From: Eledone cirrhosa | Lineage: Eukaryota | DNA length: 64,000 nucleotides | Direction: 5' to 3' | NCBI GenBank assembly: GCA_964016885.1 | Contig: CAXHJY010001304.1 | Span: 1-64,000 of the forward strand | Shown: positions 1 through 16,275 of the stretch, piece after piece | How the letters are laid out: each line of letters starts with the position of its first letter | How positions within the stretch are numbered: the first letter of the stretch is position 1 | The notes under the pieces: generated by a model | What the model was told of the DNA's origin: nothing | The model's database searches: none | Seen by the model: only the letters and a program-made list of their open reading frames with translations | Made by a program: the position numbers and the translations under genes

Positions 1-944
1 TATACATATATATATAATACATTACATATATACAACATATATAATATACATATATACATATATATATACATATATATATACATATATAATATACATAATA
101 TATATACATATATATATACATATATATATACATATATAATATACATATATATATACATATATATATACATATATATATACATATATATATATACATATAC
201 ATATATATATACATATATATACATAATATATATATACATACATATATATATACATATATATACATATATAATATACATATATAATACATACATATACATA
301 TATACATAATATATATACATATATATATACATATATAAATATAACATATATATACATATATATACATATATATATATATATATACATATATATACATATA
401 TATACATATATATACATATATATACATATAATATACAAATATATACATATATATACATATATATAATACATATATATAATATATATACATATATATACAT
501 ATATACATATATATACATATAATACACATATACATATATACACATATACATATATATACACATATATATATATATATATACATATATACCTATATACATA
601 TATACATATAACATAATACATATATAACATATATACTATATACACATATATACATATATTATATATACATATATATACATATATAACATATATATACATA
701 TATACATATATACATATATACATATATATACATATATATATATACATTATATACATATATACATATATATACATATATACATATATATACATATATACAT
801 ATACATATATACATATATATACATATATATATATACATATATATACATATATACATATATATACATATATACATATATATATACATATATACATATATAA
901 TATATACATATATAATATACATATATATATATACATATATATAC

Positions 945-981
<37 letters not shown>

Positions 982-1467
982 CATATATACATATATATAT
1001 ATAATATACATATATACATATATATATATACATATTATACATATATATATATACATATATACATATATAATCATATACATATATACATATATATATATAC
1101 ATATATATACATATATAATACATATACATATATATATATACATATATATACATATATATATATACATATACATATATATATATACATATACTATATACAT
1201 ACATATATATATATACATATATAATACATATATATATATACATATATACATATATATAATACATATATATACATATATAAATATATACATATACATATAT
1301 ATACATATATATATATATATATACATATATATAATATATATATACATATATACATATAATATACATATATACACATATATACATATATACACATATATAC
1401 ATATATACATATATACATATATATACATATATATACATATATATATACATATACATATATATATATA
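1..1467. repeat. Degenerate (TA)n/(TACA)n compound microsatellite
   Basis: Only A, T and C on the + strand, in near-strict purine/pyrimidine alternation. The overlapping Y/I/M/V/C ORFs are artefacts. Confidence 0.97.
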
Positions 1468-1658
1468 CTACTGCCATCCAACCTCTTCAAATGCAAGTCG
1501 GTGTTGTTTACGGTATGTCGAATCTATTTATCTATAAAACTGTTTATATTGTATTTTGTCTGAGGAAGGCATAGCATATTGTTAATATGATATCCCCGAA
1601 ATATATATAATGAAATAAATATGGTTTTATAAATATAGTTTCCATTTATTTAATATTG
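1468..1658 (+). mobile_element. Short hammerhead-bearing insert, probably a Penelope-like element pseudo-LTR remnant
   Basis: About 190 bp of complex sequence with TA/CA repeat on both sides. It carries a minimal type I hammerhead followed by AATAAA, the usual layout of Penelope-like pLTRs. Confidence 0.6.
1552..1617 (+). ncRNA. Minimal type I hammerhead ribozyme
   Basis: P1 UAUUUUGU/AUGAAAUA; core CUGAGGA (1560-1566); stem II GG-C-AUA-G-CAUAUU(GUU)AAUAUG-A-UAU-C-CC; GAAA (1598-1601); palindromic mini stem III UAUAUA; AUA cleavage triplet ending at 1609. Confidence 0.72.
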
Positions 1659-1678
1659 TATATATATACATATATATT

Positions 1679-4372
1679 ACTTGACGCTTTCGACAGTAAG
1701 TAAGAGCAATTAGAGTCGTATAATATAGAGGAACAGTGGGAATTCCTGAGAGCAAACCTGCTGACGGCGGCAGATGAAGTCTGTGGCTGGAGCAGGCCTG
1801 TAGGTAGACGAGAGTAACATGGTGGTGGAACAGTAAGGTGAGGAGTCAATTAAGGCCAAAAAGCAGGCTTGGAAAGCATGGCGGGATGGGGGAAGTAGAG
1901 AAGACTATCAGGTGGCCAGGAGGGAAGCTAGGAGACAAGTGTACTTCGCAAGAAGGAAGCAGAGGAAAGAAAGTTCAAGCATGTTCTACAACGTGAGGAC
2001 CAAAAACGTGAGGTGTTCAGGATTGCCAGGCAATGTGTCAAGGAAAACCGTGATATTGTCGGGGAGAAGTGTGTGCTTAACGATGATGGCATACTTGCCA
2101 ACACCGACGCTGATAAGAAGGTAGCTTGGAAGTGTCACTACGAAAGGCTTCTAAATGAGGAGAACAAATGGGAGAAAGACAGTCTCCCCCACATCGACCC
2201 ACTAGAGGGACCAGCAGTGTTAGTCCAGGGGTAGTACAGTAAGCAAGGCAATCAAAGATATGAAGACGGGTAAGGCGGCTGGATCCTTCGGAAATAGTTG
2301 CTGAGATGCTGAAGGCATCTGGTTCGGTGGGACACACCATGGTCACCCGGATAGTTAACCAAGTCGTACAGAATGGGGTTGTTCCGAAGGACTGGCGTAG
2401 CAGCATCATCGTTAACTGCTATAAGGGAAAAGGAGATGCCCTAGATAGGAGTAACTATAGAGGCATTAAATTAATCGACCAGGTCATGAAGGTCACGGAA
2501 AAAGTAATAGCGCAACTAATCAGAGACGAGAATTGATCTAGATGAAATGCAATTCGGATTTGTGTCAGGCAAAAGTACCACAGACGCTCTTTTCATTGTA
2601 CGACAACTACAGGAGAAGTACCTAGCTAAAAGTAAACCCCTATACTTAGCTTTCGTCGACTTGGAGAAAGCCTTCGACAGAGTCCCCCGTTCCATTATCT
2701 GGTGGTCTCTTAGAAAACTAGGTGTTGACGAATGGCTTGTGAGAGCTATACAAGCCATGTATAAAGAAACAGTCAGTAAGGTTAGAATTTACAACGAATA
2801 TAGTGAAGAGTTTAGCGTAAAAGTTGGTGTCCATCAGGGCTCTGTTCTTAGCCCCCTACTATTTATTATTGCCCTTCAGGCTATAACAGAGGAGTTCAAG
2901 ACCGGCTGCCCATGGGAACTCCTATAATCAGATGATCTAACACTCATAGCTGAATCAATGACCGAACTAGAGAAGAAATTCCAAACATGGAAGCACGGCC
3001 TAGAATCAAAAGGCCTTAAAATTAACCTGGCTAAGACTAAAGTTCTAGTTTGTAGGAAAGAAATAAGGCGGCAGTCCCATCTGGGAAATGGCCATGCTCA
3101 GTGTGTAGGAAAGGCGTAGGTAGAAATTCCATTTTATGTCCCAAATGCAAAGTATGGTGCATAAAAGATGTAGTGGGATCACAGGTAAGCTAACTAAGAA
3201 CGTAGATTTTACATGTGGCCGGTGCTCTGGTGCAATAAGTAGCAGCAAGTGCCCACAAAATACTAGCTCCTTCAACTGCGCAGAGGGTTCTATAGAAATA
3301 GTGGACAGCTTCCCGTTACCTGGGTGACAAAATCAGCAGTGGGGGAGGGTGCTCTGAAAGTACAGTAGCTAGAGTCAGAACTGGATGGAAAAAGTTCAGA
3401 GAGCTTATACCACTATTAGCCGCTAGAGGGTTCTCCCTAAAAATGAAAGGCAGGTTATACGATGCCTGCATACGAACAGCAATGCTGCATGGCAGTGAGA
3501 CCTGGGCATTGTGTGCAGAGGATATACGCAGACTAGAGAGGAACGAAGCTTGCAATCTCCGCTGGATGTGCAATAGTAATATACGTGAACGGCAAAGCAT
3601 AAACGAACTAAGGAAAAAATTAGAAATAAGAGGGATCAGATGTTTACTCGAGAGAAGGCTACGTTGGTACGGTCACGTGATGCGCATGAAAGACGACAGC
3701 TGTATAACAAAGTGCAGGGCAATAAAGATAGACGGTAGCCACGGAGTAGGCAGACCCAGAAAAACATGGACGAGCTGATAAATTCCGACCTCACACGCTT
3801 ACACCTCTCCAAGACAATGTCACTGGACGAGACCTTTGGCGGTACTCAGTAATAGAGAAGACCCGCCCTTACCTAAATACAAAGTAAAAACCTACTACAG
3901 TCAGTAGGCATCTCTATGAAAACACCCGCCCCCCCCGTCCCACCACCTCCACCCCATCCACACCGCCACTTTCAATGTACAGTTATGTTGGTCCCACAAC
4001 ATCCAGGCCGAAACAAATGAGATCGTGTAGGTGTCACGACAAAAAACACAGTCCACGCTGTAAACGTGGCCGTGTAGGCAACACGGTAAAAACCTCCCAG
4101 CCCCACACTGTAAATGAGGTTGATGTTAGGAAGGGCATCCAGCTGTAGAAAACCCGCCAGACAGTCCACGCTGTAATGTGGCCGTGTAGGCAACACGGTA
4201 AAACTCCCAGCCCCACACTGTAAATGTGGTTGGTGTTAGGAAGGGCATCCAACTGTAGAAAACCCGCCAGACAGTCCCTATGCGAGCAAGACAACCACTC
4301 TTGCCTCAAGTGGGAAAACCCCATGTCCGAACCCATGCAAGCGTGGAACACGGACGCTAAACCTGATGATGA
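1679..4372 (+). mobile_element. 5'-truncated RTE-clade LINE with frameshifted RT, PHD-like finger, structured 3' UTR and (TGA)n tail
   Basis: RT motifs KGKGDALDRSNYRGI, FVDLEKAFDRVP, VGVHQGSVLSPLLF and a mutated YADDL (L*SDDL); C-terminal GSETW and RRLRWYGHVMRM; several stops and frameshifts; ends CTGATGATGAT. Confidence 0.92.
4048..4277 (+). repeat. Tandem duplication (about 110-113 bp x2) in the RTE 3' UTR
   Basis: ACAGTCC recurs at 4048, 4161 and 4271. Each unit carries GTTAGGAAGGGCATCCA(G/A)CTGTAGAAA. Confidence 0.9.
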
Positions 4373-8101
<3,729 letters not shown>

Positions 8102-9304
8102 AAACTGCGTTTATGACGAATAATTACAGTACAAGAAAAAAAAAAAAAAATACAAGGTTTCCGGCTTTTCACGTCGACTGAATATAATCATTTTCTGTTT
8201 ACTAAGAAATGAATGGATAAACATGTATCGTGGTTTAACTATTTAAATAAATCTTTGTTCAATATAGATTATCAAGGGGGGGAGGGGTAAAAACTTGGTT
8301 AAAACATACATTATATACAAATAGTGACAGGAAGGAGGAGGAAACATGCTAGTTTCGCAGGAACAGATTAAATAGATTATAAAAAATGTTAATGGTAAAA
8401 TGTAAAGCAAGAGAAATAATTGCATTAATGTTAATGAATAGTTATCGCATTAAAATGTAAAATAAAAACAATAATATCAATGTGTGTAGAAAAGCAGTAG
8501 GGAACGTTCAAGAGATAAGGTTCGCGTGTTAGAGTTAATGGAAGGGAATAGAATAGCTAACTTTTAAGTTTGCCTTGTGGAAACGAACACGTTAGTTGTG
8601 AACATGTGTCTACTACAGATGACGGGTAGAATACTACAAAGTCGATAGTTGAACAAAACGAAAATCCCATGTTACCAATTAACAGATATAGTCATTACAG
8701 CTGCTTTTCCCGGCGATGGGATAATTGTATTCGGGAATACAAAAAGGAACGATAAAAGAACGGAACATTAATATTTCAGTAACAAACAAACAAATTATAT
8801 ATATATATATATATTACTGTCATATGAGTACAGAGTGACATTAGCTGACGTGAGTTTTGGTTTCCACTATTACCCTACTGTAAACAAGGATTACCTCAGT
8901 CACGATAAAAGACAACCCTACTAATGACCGATAAAAATTGTTCATTTTCCTTCTTAAATAAAGTCAATTCCTTTCTAAATATCTTGATATTGTTTGTTCA
9001 GAAATTACATGAAACAAATAGTTGGTTAAAACATGGTTAAATTAACTCTCAGATTACGCATACACAGAAAAATAACGTTAATTACTTCATGCGGTTTGAA
9101 ACCCACAAAACAAACGGTTTATATGAAACATATTACTACTACTGTCAAGGAAGATTAGCAAAAAATATTTTCGAATCTTACGATAGTAATTTGCTGTTTG
9201 GTTTTAAAGATATATTTAAGTGAAACGATGTCATCATCGGGATTAACAGAGTATCGACCGGTACATCAACGATTTTATTCCCATACCTTATCCACATACA
9301 TACA

Positions 9305-9356
<52 letters not shown>

Positions 9357-10127
9357 ACAGCTACATTCATTGAAATAATTCTATAAACAAAAATTGTACG
9401 TTATAGTTCAATCTTTGCTTTACATCTCAATGAAAGTATATCATGACAGTTTGGGTATATGTATAAAGGCGGTTACAGCTCCAACATTTAATACATTACA
9501 CATAGCGAAGAAATTTACGCACCCATTTAAAGAATAACACATGCCTTTCTCAATAAAGAGCCGCCAACAATATTACTAGTAGTGGTGAAGGATGGATGGA
9601 AATATATATATTATAGTCTAAATTACGGTAAGTTCGTCGTTTGTCTGGTCGGCATATCTAAAGATAGGAGGTATCGTATGCTGTACACGTTTACAGTTGA
9701 ATTATGATTCAACTTATTTGTGAAAAAAAAAAAAAGAAAAAAAGACAGAAAAGAGGAAAACCCAGGAAATTGTTGACAGCCAGACAAGAAGCCATGAAAA
9801 ACAAAGACAGTCTGATGAAGCGAATGAGAAAGAAAACCCATAGAAATTGAACCCCAGACGAATAAATATCTAGTAGACATTGTATTTTTCTCACCCAAAC
9901 ATACCTTATATCATTAAAACAATGATAATAGCATGTATGTTTGTAGTGACATAGAGAATGAAACAAGTCACTACCCTCAGAGTCTGTGAATATATATAAC
10001 GGCAGGTAGCCATTAGATTGAACTATAAAGGGTTAAGGTGGTGCGTACGCGTGTAGTTTGTATATTTAGTGGGAGTCGGTGGTATTTTCACTTGCAAAAA
10101 AAAAGTTAAGGATCAAGTAAAGCTTAC

Positions 10128-10470
10128 CTGAACACAACAACTGCTCAGGCCGTCGCAGCAGCCATACACAAATGAATCCGTCGTAACGGCAGCGGCGCCT
10201 CCCTAAATACTATTTATCGTATCTACTTTTCACTGAGGACTGCTGCAGCGATAGCAGCCGGGGACGGGGTAGAAACGATTTAGTTGTAGCGATAGCAGTA
10301 TGTCCTAAGTAATAATAGTATTGTGTACTTATACTACAGACAAAAGAGTAGTAGTAAGTAAACTAAATGTCAGCAGTAGTTGTGCTGATGGTAGCGGTAG
10401 TAGTATACTCCAGTCAGTTATCTCCTGTGCTACCACTGCTGCTGTGGCCACCATTTTGGCTCAATGCTCT
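10128..10470 (-). promoter_or_regulatory. Candidate first (5' UTR) exon of an unidentified minus-strand host gene
   Basis: Local CpG enrichment; YY1-like CAAAATGGTGGC around 10447-10458 (minus); consensus donor CAG|GTAAGC at 10128/10127; E-box CACGTG at about 10504. Confidence 0.45.
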
Positions 10471-11129
10471 CGTCCAATTCTCGCCCTCGTTATTTTTATT
10501 AATCACGTGATACAATGGTTATCGTCTGCTCTCAGATCACTGCAACTTCGCCATTCTACAAAACTATTTTTAGTTTCTCATATCATCTGGTTTTATTCGC
10601 AAAATAACCTCTCTATCAAATTCGAAATGTAAAGAGGAGAAAGAAAAATAAGCTAGAAGCTATACGGAATTATTTCAGAATCACTGTTTTCATTTGTTCA
10701 AATTCTGACAAAATAGATTTGTTTTTCATCCCACTTGATCAGGGAAGTATTGTCACTATATCATTAAGAACGGTTCGGTCTATTATACACTGACCCTGAA
10801 AAAACTTTCCTGAAAGAAATCAATATAATTTCAAATTCCACAATGATAATTTTTTTTTTTATGGATCCAATAAATCATCATATTCACTACCAACAACAAC
10901 AAAATCTGAAGTTTCCTCTTCTTCTCCTTCTACCTCAGCTCCCTTGCCATAAAAATATTTATCTTCAATTACCTATAAGTCTCAAGAAAACTGATCCTAA
11001 ATATATGTGGTAATAAAACTTCCATAATCTATGTTAACCAGGTAATACTATTAAGTTTAGACATGACCTGGACGTCTTATGGCAAAAGATTATGTATATT
11101 AAATCTGAAAAAGTAATTAATCCGAAAGA

Positions 11130-11718
11130 AATTTGCTTCACAATTACATGGTCCTGGGTTTGTGTCCACTGCTTAGCACTTTTGGTAAGTGTCTTCTCCC
11201 AGAGCTTCAGATTGATCAAAGACTTGCGGTTGAAACTTTATAGACAATAACAGAGCAGTAACCGGACAAATAAACTTTACCTGTTCTTGGGCTGTAAACT
11301 TAATTCATCACCCTGTTTAACAACCTCACATGAACTTGAGTGCTTTTGCAGAGTTCTCTCTGTTGCAAATATTTGGGGCAGGTCTCAAGTCTGAGGATAA
11401 CTACCTATCTCCCAAGAACCGAAATTGTGCAACTGACAGCACTCGGTCCATGCTGTAAAATGGAAGTGATAGAAGTGGCATTCAGCCATTAAAAACATGC
11501 CAAAGTATGAGGTGGCACGAATAAAAGCACCCAGTCCATGCTGTCAAGTGGTGCTGGTGATAGGAAGAGCATCCAACCAGTATATTATTAATTGTTTCTA
11601 CTTTTGGCACAAGGCCAGCAATTGTCCCAATGTAATGCCAAATTATGAGCACAAAATACAAATATTTTCCTTGCAAGCAGGGAAAAGCAGACATAAAATG
11701 ATGATGATGATGATGATG
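11130..11718 (+). mobile_element. Decayed SINE head plus RTE-type 3' end
   Basis: Degenerate tRNA-like head. The 3' part shares GCACG..AAAAGCACCCAG and AGGAAGAGCATCCA with the RTE 3' UTRs at 4050 and 41400, and ends in (ATG)n. Confidence 0.55.
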
Positions 11719-13013
11719 ACAGGCTTCCTTACAATTAAACAACAACACCTTGTCCTTGTATATCTTTAACAGTGTCCCCTCTCATAGGTTTTGGAATCAA
11801 GTCTCCATTTTGTGAATAACTTCTTCCCTTTCCTCCCACCATGTCCCTGAAATCAGCTATGGGTACTGTACTAAGTCATTAATGTAAACATAGAAACCAC
11901 ATTAAAATTTATTTTATTTTAAAAAACATATTACATGCATTCAAACAAATTTTTCTAAGCTTGTATTTTTTTAATCTTTTTAATTAACAATACTGAATGA
12001 TTATTAGTCACAAGCAAAATGCCTAAATTGTTTGATCTTGCTTAAAAAATACCAAAAGTAGTGAACCAAGGAAACAAAATAATTCCACAAAATTCTTTTT
12101 AACCTTGAATCATATATCATTCAAATATGACAGATGCCTAATAATTTCCAGAAAACCTACATGGCCTCACTCTAATTGGTAGCCTCATGTTTTCTAAATT
12201 GCCTAAAAATATGACATTTTATTGTAGAAGCAACAATTATACCTAATCCACACTATATTTCTAGCATATGAGATGGTGCCATAACTACCCAACAGATATG
12301 CAAAAATCCCATGCACGGAGATATATTTCACATTGAATTCAAGAAAAATAAACTATCCACTCAATATGCTAGACCAAGATTTTCAACAGGGTCCCACACT
12401 TTACAGTCTTGTGGATACTCACAAAACTAAGTGTAGATGAATAGCTTGTGCCAACTTTGCTAACTATGCATTAAATGATGTAAGCAAAATTGGGATTGGC
12501 AGCAACTAAATTAAATTATTTAGTAATTGTTCTCTACATTTCTATCTACAGTCTCATACTACCTACTATAGTACTTGTGATAATACAGGAAATCAAGACT
12601 AGATGTCCTTGGAAACTTTTATATGCTGATGGCCTGTAGTTGATAGTTTGTGATGTAGATAATCTAATGAGTGCTTTTGTAGTGATAGTATAGTGAGAAT
12701 TATAAAATGTTTAGAGAGTTGTTGTCTTTGTTGGAATGTGTATGAAACTGAAAAATGAAAATATACAATTTCCTCTGTAAATATGTATCCTATTGAAACA
12801 ATTACTTGAAACATCAACCATATCTGATTATCTAAAAATCATGAATACATAAAGAAAGTGATGAACTGTACAAAACAAACAAATAGTAAATTACGGAAGC
12901 AACTCACTTCATATATATCTTTGAAAATGCAACAAAAAAATACAGTCCAATCCATAAAATGTACCACAAGTTTAAGAAAGGTTGTGGTAGAATTATTCAA
13001 CTGACAGTCATTA

Positions 13014-13208
13014 GGGCGGTGGATTGGCAGTATCGGTAGAGAGTCGGACACCATGCTTTGCAGCATAGAGTTACAGTCCTTTATCGTCTGAGTTCAAATC
13101 CCGCCGAGGTTAACTTTGCCTTTTATCCTTACGGGGTCGATAAAATAAAGTACCAGTAATGCACTGGGTAATTGCTGGCCTTGTGCCAAAAGTAGAAACA
13201 ATTATTTT
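13014..13208 (+). mobile_element. tRNA-derived SINE with MetaSINE-like central domain, near full length
   Basis: A-box TGGCAGTATCGG, B-box GTTCAAATCC, core GCCTTTTATCCTTACGGGGTCGATAAAATAAAGTACCAG; many related copies in the window. Confidence 0.85.
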
Positions 13209-15032
13209 AATATAGTCTAATACAGATATTGAACCAGGCCTATCACCAGTCTTTAGTGCTTTGTGGGGCTTCAGACCATTCTGGGTGGGCACTTTGATTC
13301 CTTATGAAATTTTTTTACCAGCTTCTTTGATTAACTATTTTGTTTGATTTTTAAATTTATTTTTGTTCATGTTTTAAGTAAAGTTATTTAAGTCAAGAAT
13401 TTAAGGAACTTATTTCATTTTTTTATCAGCTCTATTTTCTAAATCTGAAGATGCACTATTGAAAAGTAGGGTGACAGTGCCATCCAGTACCCACCTCCCT
13501 TGGTGAAGGGCCTTTGATACAGTTATCAAAGTACCTATCAATAATAAATTTTGACACTTTAGCCAATGTATGTAAGATCTGCCACATCTAGACTATGTAC
13601 TGTCAACTGTAACACTTATTGTTTGGCAATTTACTGAAACTTCATTTGGTTTTCATGAAGATATAAGTCTACTATGAGAATTTAAACACAGTGTCATGAA
13701 CACATAAGGTAAACTTGAACATTGATTTATAATATAATGAAATATTTGGATAACAAGATAATGTCTATATAAATAGTGATATGAATGGAAATGGTGTAGT
13801 AGTTTATTAGTTGCACACCTTGAATGTATGCCTCAGTATAAGTGACAATTACAATAAGACTTTTGTAGCTATTGTCAATAAATTCTTCTTTGTAATTAAA
13901 CCAGAATGACTATTATTAAACTCTGATTGACAAAATTCTCATTAAACATTTTAATCTTTTTTGTATATCGCTTTGGTATTTCTCTCTCTCTCTTTATTTT
14001 TGTGTATATACTCCAAAGAGTGGAAACATGCAACATTGTGCCAACCTTACCATAACCCTATATTTTACCAGTGTCGCCCACTTATTCTCAACACCTTTTC
14101 TTCAGAATTTCCCCAAAATTTATTTCAGGGTTCAATTATATTCCAGACCCTTTCCTTCTTTATGTCACTTACTCCCTCTCTGTTGTATCTTGCTACATGC
14201 ACTTTTATGTGAGCTATATTATCAAGGAAGCCTCTGTGCATTTACTTGAGTTGATAGAAATAGAAGCTAGATATTCTTCAAATCACACTATACTATGCTA
14301 AAAAAGAACAGATTGCATAATACAATCCTAGATTCACAAATAAAAAGATGAGTTGGTCATGGTTGAAATATCTTTGATGTTAGCTCCATTTGATCAAGGC
14401 TGACCTATCAACAACAACAACAACATCATCCTGTAATATTCCAATTGCAGGCTACAAAATGTCCTGCAATGAGGCTTTAGCATTATAGTGACAGTCAATA
14501 GTGTTGAAACACATGCTGCATACACCTCAGAAGCAAAATGCATCAGTAATTATTTTAATGTACAGTTGACCACCACTTGTATAGTTCTAAATCTAATTCT
14601 GTGCAGTAAGATTACATTTTGTGTGAAATACTATGTGTTTACGTAGTAAATGATAGTTAAAAGACTACCTATTACAAATGCTTCTCAAACTCAGAGAATA
14701 TCAAACGTAAGGTCATAGCACTTGTCTCAAAGATTTGGGCAATTCTAACATTTTTTTTAAAATCTGAAATGCACACTTAAAATTTTCTACAGAAATAATA
14801 TGCTGCTACAAAAGGAACTTCAAACATCACTGGTGACAACTCGCTATATTATACTAAAAGAAGAGAAATAAATAAAGAAATATATAGAAATATATTTTTG
14901 TAAATAAGACAATAGAACCGTGTGGAAATGGAAGCACCAATTGAAACATAAGTTTTAAATCTCCAAAGCCGTTTATGAAAGTATTGAAGAAGACAAGAAA
15001 ACACACTTCGATCTTCCGACGTGGAAGAGGCT

Positions 15033-15393
15033 TGAAGCAAGAGTTGCCTCCCTTGTTGTGTCGATCACATCACCAATAGATTAACGCTCTCTAGACAGGA
15101 AGTAGCTGGAGTTACTTCCCGTTGGGGTGGCAGAACCCTTTTTGTCACTTCCATCTTGAGACCCTATAAAAGGGATACTCAGAGTGATCTCTCTCTCATT
15201 TGCCCTTTCGGCTGCTGGACTTCGGCCAGGCGCGTTCGCCGAGTCTCTACAGTAACAAATAACTTTACTTCATATTTCATCTACTCTTGACATGTCAACA
15301 ATTCTATACTACATAACTTCAACTTGTTAATTAAACTTTATATACACAACCGAGCATCTTTGTTATATTCATACACACCAGTATTTTGTTATA
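15033..15393 (+). repeat. 5' LTR (361 bp)
   Basis: Runs TGAAGCAAGAG...TTTTGTTATA; TATA box CCTATAAAAGG at about 15163; matches 16956-17361 apart from a 45-bp indel and a few substitutions. Confidence 0.93.
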
Positions 15394-15395
15394 AG

Positions 15396-15405
15396 TGGTG
15401 ACCCC
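15396..15405 (+). promoter_or_regulatory. Primer-binding site complementary to the tRNA-Trp 3' end
   Basis: TGGTGACCCC, 2 bp after the 5' LTR. The canonical tRNA-Trp PBS begins TGGTGACCCCG. Confidence 0.8.
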
Positions 15406-16033
15406 CAAAAAATAAAAAAATGATAGGATCTGGTGTTGTGTGAATATATATAAAAAAATTAATTTCGTTGGAATGTGTCGACCAACATTTTGAATATGCA
15501 GCAAACTTTATTAACAAAGACACAGAAATGAACACACGTACATGTGAAATTCTCGTTCAGACAGACTCTTCTTCTCTCACCTAACGTGATATTTTTGGGG
15601 GGGACTAAGAAATCCCTCCGACCTCCTTAGACAAGGATTTCTCTCCGCATACACTGTCTTATAACGAACACATCAGAAAAGAAATTTTTTCTCTGCAAGC
15701 AAAATAAACAGAACATTTTGCCTTTCACGCACGTGTCGCACATCAGCTATGTGTCGCATTTCACTGGATGTATATATATATGTTTTTCGTTTCTTCTTTC
15801 AACGAACATTTAAAAAAAAAAAAGGGAAATTTGATTTTTTTTTCTTTTTACACATTTCAACATGAACATTTATTTTCGCTGAATCTCAACTATTGCTTAT
15901 TCTTTCCGCCAAGCTTTTTTCATCGTTCACAAAAAAGTTGAACTCGCCATATTTGTTATACCAAGTGAAGCCTTTCTTTCTGTTTCATCATATTATCACG
16001 TTCACACACGAGTTTTTCAAAATGGCTGCCAAC

Positions 16034-16275
16034 AACCTTGTTTCGGCACATGTGGGCAGCACACATCTCGAATCACTGAGATACCACACGCCATAGAAAT
16101 TTTTTTTTTTCAACTTGACTTTTACCTTGTTTCGGCACGTGTGGGCAGCACACATCTCGGCTCACTGAGATACCACACGCCATAGAAATATTTTTTTTTC
16201 GACTTGACTTTAACCTTGTTTTGGCACGTGTGGGTAGCACACATCTCGACTCACTGAGATACCACACGCCATAGA
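16034..16275 (+). repeat. 89-bp tandem repeat (about 2.7 copies) inside the LTR element
   Basis: Units start at 16034, 16123 and 16212. Each is a hairpin, followed by a T-run in the first two units. Confidence 0.92.

Noticed and set aside
9811-9840. CTGATGA...GAAA as a second hammerhead
   Set aside because: No stem II or stem I pairing can be drawn. The same applies to CTGATGA at about 62109.
10321-10632. 103-aa plus-strand ORF
   Set aside because: Non-ATG start, no recognisable domain, and antisense to a better-supported first-exon candidate.
13014-13110. tRNA gene
   Set aside because: A- and B-boxes are present but too widely spaced, no cloverleaf forms, and the sequence continues into a multi-copy SINE body.
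16034-16275. CRISPR-like array
   Set aside because: Units are contiguous tandem copies with no unique spacers, there are no cas genes, and the context is a eukaryotic LTR element.
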